From assembly GCA_046483495.1 (NCBI GenBank), contig JAWODC010000036.1, positions 32,001 to 96,000 on the forward strand: a stretch of 64,000 nt of DNA, written 5' to 3'. The stretch is from Desulfobacterales bacterium (GTDB lineage Bacteria > Desulfobacterota > Desulfobacteria > Desulfobacterales > UBA5616). Shown here one piece after another: positions 62,031 to 64,000 of this stretch (position 1 is its first letter; each line of letters opens with the position of its first letter). The position numbers and the translations under genes were made by a program. The notes beneath the pieces were generated by a model that worked only from the letters and a program-made list of their open reading frames with translations, was not told where the DNA came from and did no database searches.

Positions 62031-63242
62031 TTACACAGTCCCTATGACCAGGTTAAGTTCCAAACCTCCATGAAAAATGGGATGCCGTGTATGGGAAAAC
62101 GGCAGGCCTCGAAAACGGTTTTCCCGGGGCATCACCCATACGACAGTCCAATTTCGATAGTCCCGCATGAGCTTGTCGACAACGGCTCGATAGAATGAAA
62201 GGGGTTTCGATTCATCGGTCAACCGAATACCATAAGGCGGATTGAGAAAAACAATTCCGCTTTGCGAGGTGTACGCTTCGGGGCGGCTTCGAAAAAAATC
62301 CCGGTGCGCGACAGAAATGATGCGTGACAACCCGTACTTCTCGACCGTTTTTTCCAAGGCGCTCACAGCATGCCCGTCCACGTCCGAGGCAAACACAACC
62401 GGTGACAACGGAAACTGAAACCGTTGCCGTGCTTCCTTTTTCATGTACTCCCAAAGCTTTGGCTTAAATGAGGGCCAGTCCATAAACGCAAACTCCCTGA
62501 ACCACCCCGCAGGTATTTTGGCGGCCGTCATCGCGGCTTCGAGGGAAATCGTTCCGGAACCGCACATGGGATCGATCAGCGGGCGCACTCCGGTGTATCC
62601 GGCAAGCCGCAACGCAGCGGCGGCCAGCGTCTCACGCAAGGGCGCTCTGGCAGGATGGCTTTTTAGACCCCGCTTGTAAAGGGGCGTTCCGCTGCTGTCC
62701 AGGGACACCGTAAAACAGTCGTTCTCTCCCCTGATATAGATGTCGAACAGAGGTTCGGCGCCGCTGCCGTCATGATCGTCCACTGCTGCCGAACCATGCA
62801 TCATGCCCGATAAAAAATGATGCTCAATCGCATCCGTATGGTAAAGCCGGCATTTGGAGGTCGAGGCCTTCAGGCGTATTCGGCATGAGGGGTCGAGATA
62901 AAGATTCCATGGAAAATTTCCTGCCGCTTTCTCAACCTGTCTGAAATTGACGGCCTTGAATGTACCGATACGCATCAAAATACGGGTTGCCGTGCGCAGG
63001 TGGAGGTTTGCGGCATAGCAGTCGGCAAGTCGACCGGAAAACGTTACGCCGCCGGGAACGGCTGAGGGCTTTACAATCGGCAACTCCAACGACAAAAGTT
63101 CTTCAGCGCATATGCCGTTTAAACGAGGCGATGTTGCGGCGAAAAAGGCGTGTTTCCTCCCGATGATGCGGCGTTTCACACGTTTTTCATGGGAGGTTGA
63201 CTTTCCGATGGGCATTCTGTATTTTATCCCGGCAACCATCAC
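62031..63242 (-). CDS. THUMP-domain RNA methyltransferase (RlmL-like); true start probably downstream of 63242
   Basis: ANLHLRTATRIL, SLDSSG.PLYKRG, APLRETLAAA, DPMCGSGT and NPPYG motifs. Confidence 0.88.
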   Translation of the reverse strand: MMVAGIKYRMPIGKSTSHEKRVKRRIIGRKHAFFAATSPRLNGICAEELLSLELPIVKPSAVPGGVTFSGRLADCYAANLHLRTATRILMRIGTFKAVNFRQVEKAAGNFPWNLYLDPSCRIRLKASTSKCRLYHTDAIEHHFLSGMMHGSAAVDDHDGSGAEPLFDIYIRGENDCFTVSLDSSGTPLYKRGLKSHPARAPLRETLAAAALRLAGYTGVRPLIDPMCGSGTISLEAAMTAAKIPAGWFREFAFMDWPSFKPKLWEYMKKEARQRFQFPLSPVVFASDVDGHAVSALEKTVEKYGLSRIISVAHRDFFRSRPEAYTSQSGIVFLNPPYGIRLTDESKPLSFYRAVVDKLMRDYRNWTVVWVMPRENRFRGLPFSHTRHPIFHGGLELNLVIGTV

Positions 63243-63365
63243 ATAATCTCTTCACCTTGAACAACAAAAGGTATTTATAATTCAAAAACGGTTTGCACGC
63301 AAAAAGATTTTCACCACATCTATTGCCGTGCGTTCAAACATGCATCTACCAAGAGGAGGGTACGA

Positions 63366-63806
63366 ATGGCTGGTATCAACAAAGCAATCATTGTGGGCAG
63401 ACTTGGAAGAGACCCGGAAGTGCGGTATACGGCCGACGGCCGTGCGGTCACCAATTTCAGCGTCGCCACCTCTGACGAATGGAAAGATAAGGAAACCGGT
63501 GAAAAAAAAGAGCGCGTTGAATGGCACCGAGTCGTTGCCTTCAACAAGCTTGGCGAGATCTGCGGCCAATATCTCTCCAAAGGCAAACAGGTGTATATCG
63601 AAGGGCGCATTCAGACCCGGGATTGGGAAGATCGTGAAGGCGTTAAACGATATACAACGGAGATCATCGCCTTGGACGTCCAGTTTCTGGGATCGAAAGA
63701 CGATGGCGGTGGGGGCGGCGGAGTCAAAAACCAGGTGCGGGACCCCTATGCCGATTCGGAGACATCCTTCGGCGGACCGCCTTCAGACGATGATATCCCG
63801 TTCTGA
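63366..63806 (+). CDS. ssb: Single-stranded DNA-binding protein
   Basis: [21 protein letters not shown] and C-terminal DDDIPF. Confidence 0.98.
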   Translation: MAGINKAIIVGRLGRDPEVRYTADGRAVTNFSVATSDEWKDKETGEKKERVEWHRVVAFNKLGEICGQYLSKGKQVYIEGRIQTRDWEDREGVKRYTTEIIALDVQFLGSKDDGGGGGGVKNQVRDPYADSETSFGGPPSDDDIPF

Positions 63807-63845
63807 GGCAATATCGGCAAAACCTTATCTTTTCCCCGGACAAGA

Positions 63846-63878
63846 AAAATGGCGGCTTCAACAGAAGACCGCCATTTT
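63846..63878. terminator. Bidirectional intrinsic terminator between ssb and tatA
   Basis: aaaatggcgg...ccgccatttt inverted repeat between convergent genes. Confidence 0.7.
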
Positions 63879-63903
63879 ACGCAATCCGGCTATGGGTGGG
63901 GCT

Positions 63904-64000
63904 TCAATGCGAATTATCCGATTCGATCTTCTCCGGTTCTTTTTTGTCTTCCGAAGTGGCTTTCTTGAAATTTCGGATGGCTTTTCCCATACCGGCGCCG
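63904..64000 (-). CDS. tatA: Twin-arginine translocase TatA/E subunit, 3' part (truncated by window edge; absent from ORF track)
   Basis: Manual translation GAGMGKAIRNFKKATSEDKKEPEKIESDNSH*, the TatA amphipathic helix plus charged tail. Confidence 0.85.
   Translation of the reverse strand, partial: GAGMGKAIRNFKKATSEDKKEPEKIESDNSH

Overview
Gene-dense chromosomal segment with no rRNA, tRNA, CRISPR array or transposase. Gene content suggests an anaerobic Desulfobacterota-like bacterium (inference). Blocks, in order: REC protein plus class III adenylate cyclase; VIT1/ferritin-like protein; acyl-CoA ligase; an RsbV/RsbW/RsbU-type partner-switching module with a PocR hybrid kinase; a BbsEF-like CoA-transferase pair; crotonase; acnA; an acyl-CoA ligase / 2-hydroxyacyl-CoA dehydratase / activator / Fe-S protein / atypical SDR / duplicated-domain protein / CooC cluster; a cooC-acuC-acuB-prmA-like-MBL-RACo cluster; a phasin-like/ABC1 kinase pair; a nitrogen-control island (NifA-like activator, glnA, glnK, amtB, glnD with a sigma54 promoter, glnE); a second dehydratase pair; ahcY-metK-panC; ssb; partial tatA. 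The most notable non-genic signal is a ~142-145 bp rod-like palindromic dispersed repeat (four full copies plus fragments). It occurs as two subfamilies whose stems covary while loop motifs keep their sequence and register, and three copies end inside TAG stop codons. Also notable: a probable ATA start for panC, a RACo lacking its ferredoxin domain, and two probable pseudo-enzymes. All calls come from reading the sequence; no database searches were run.
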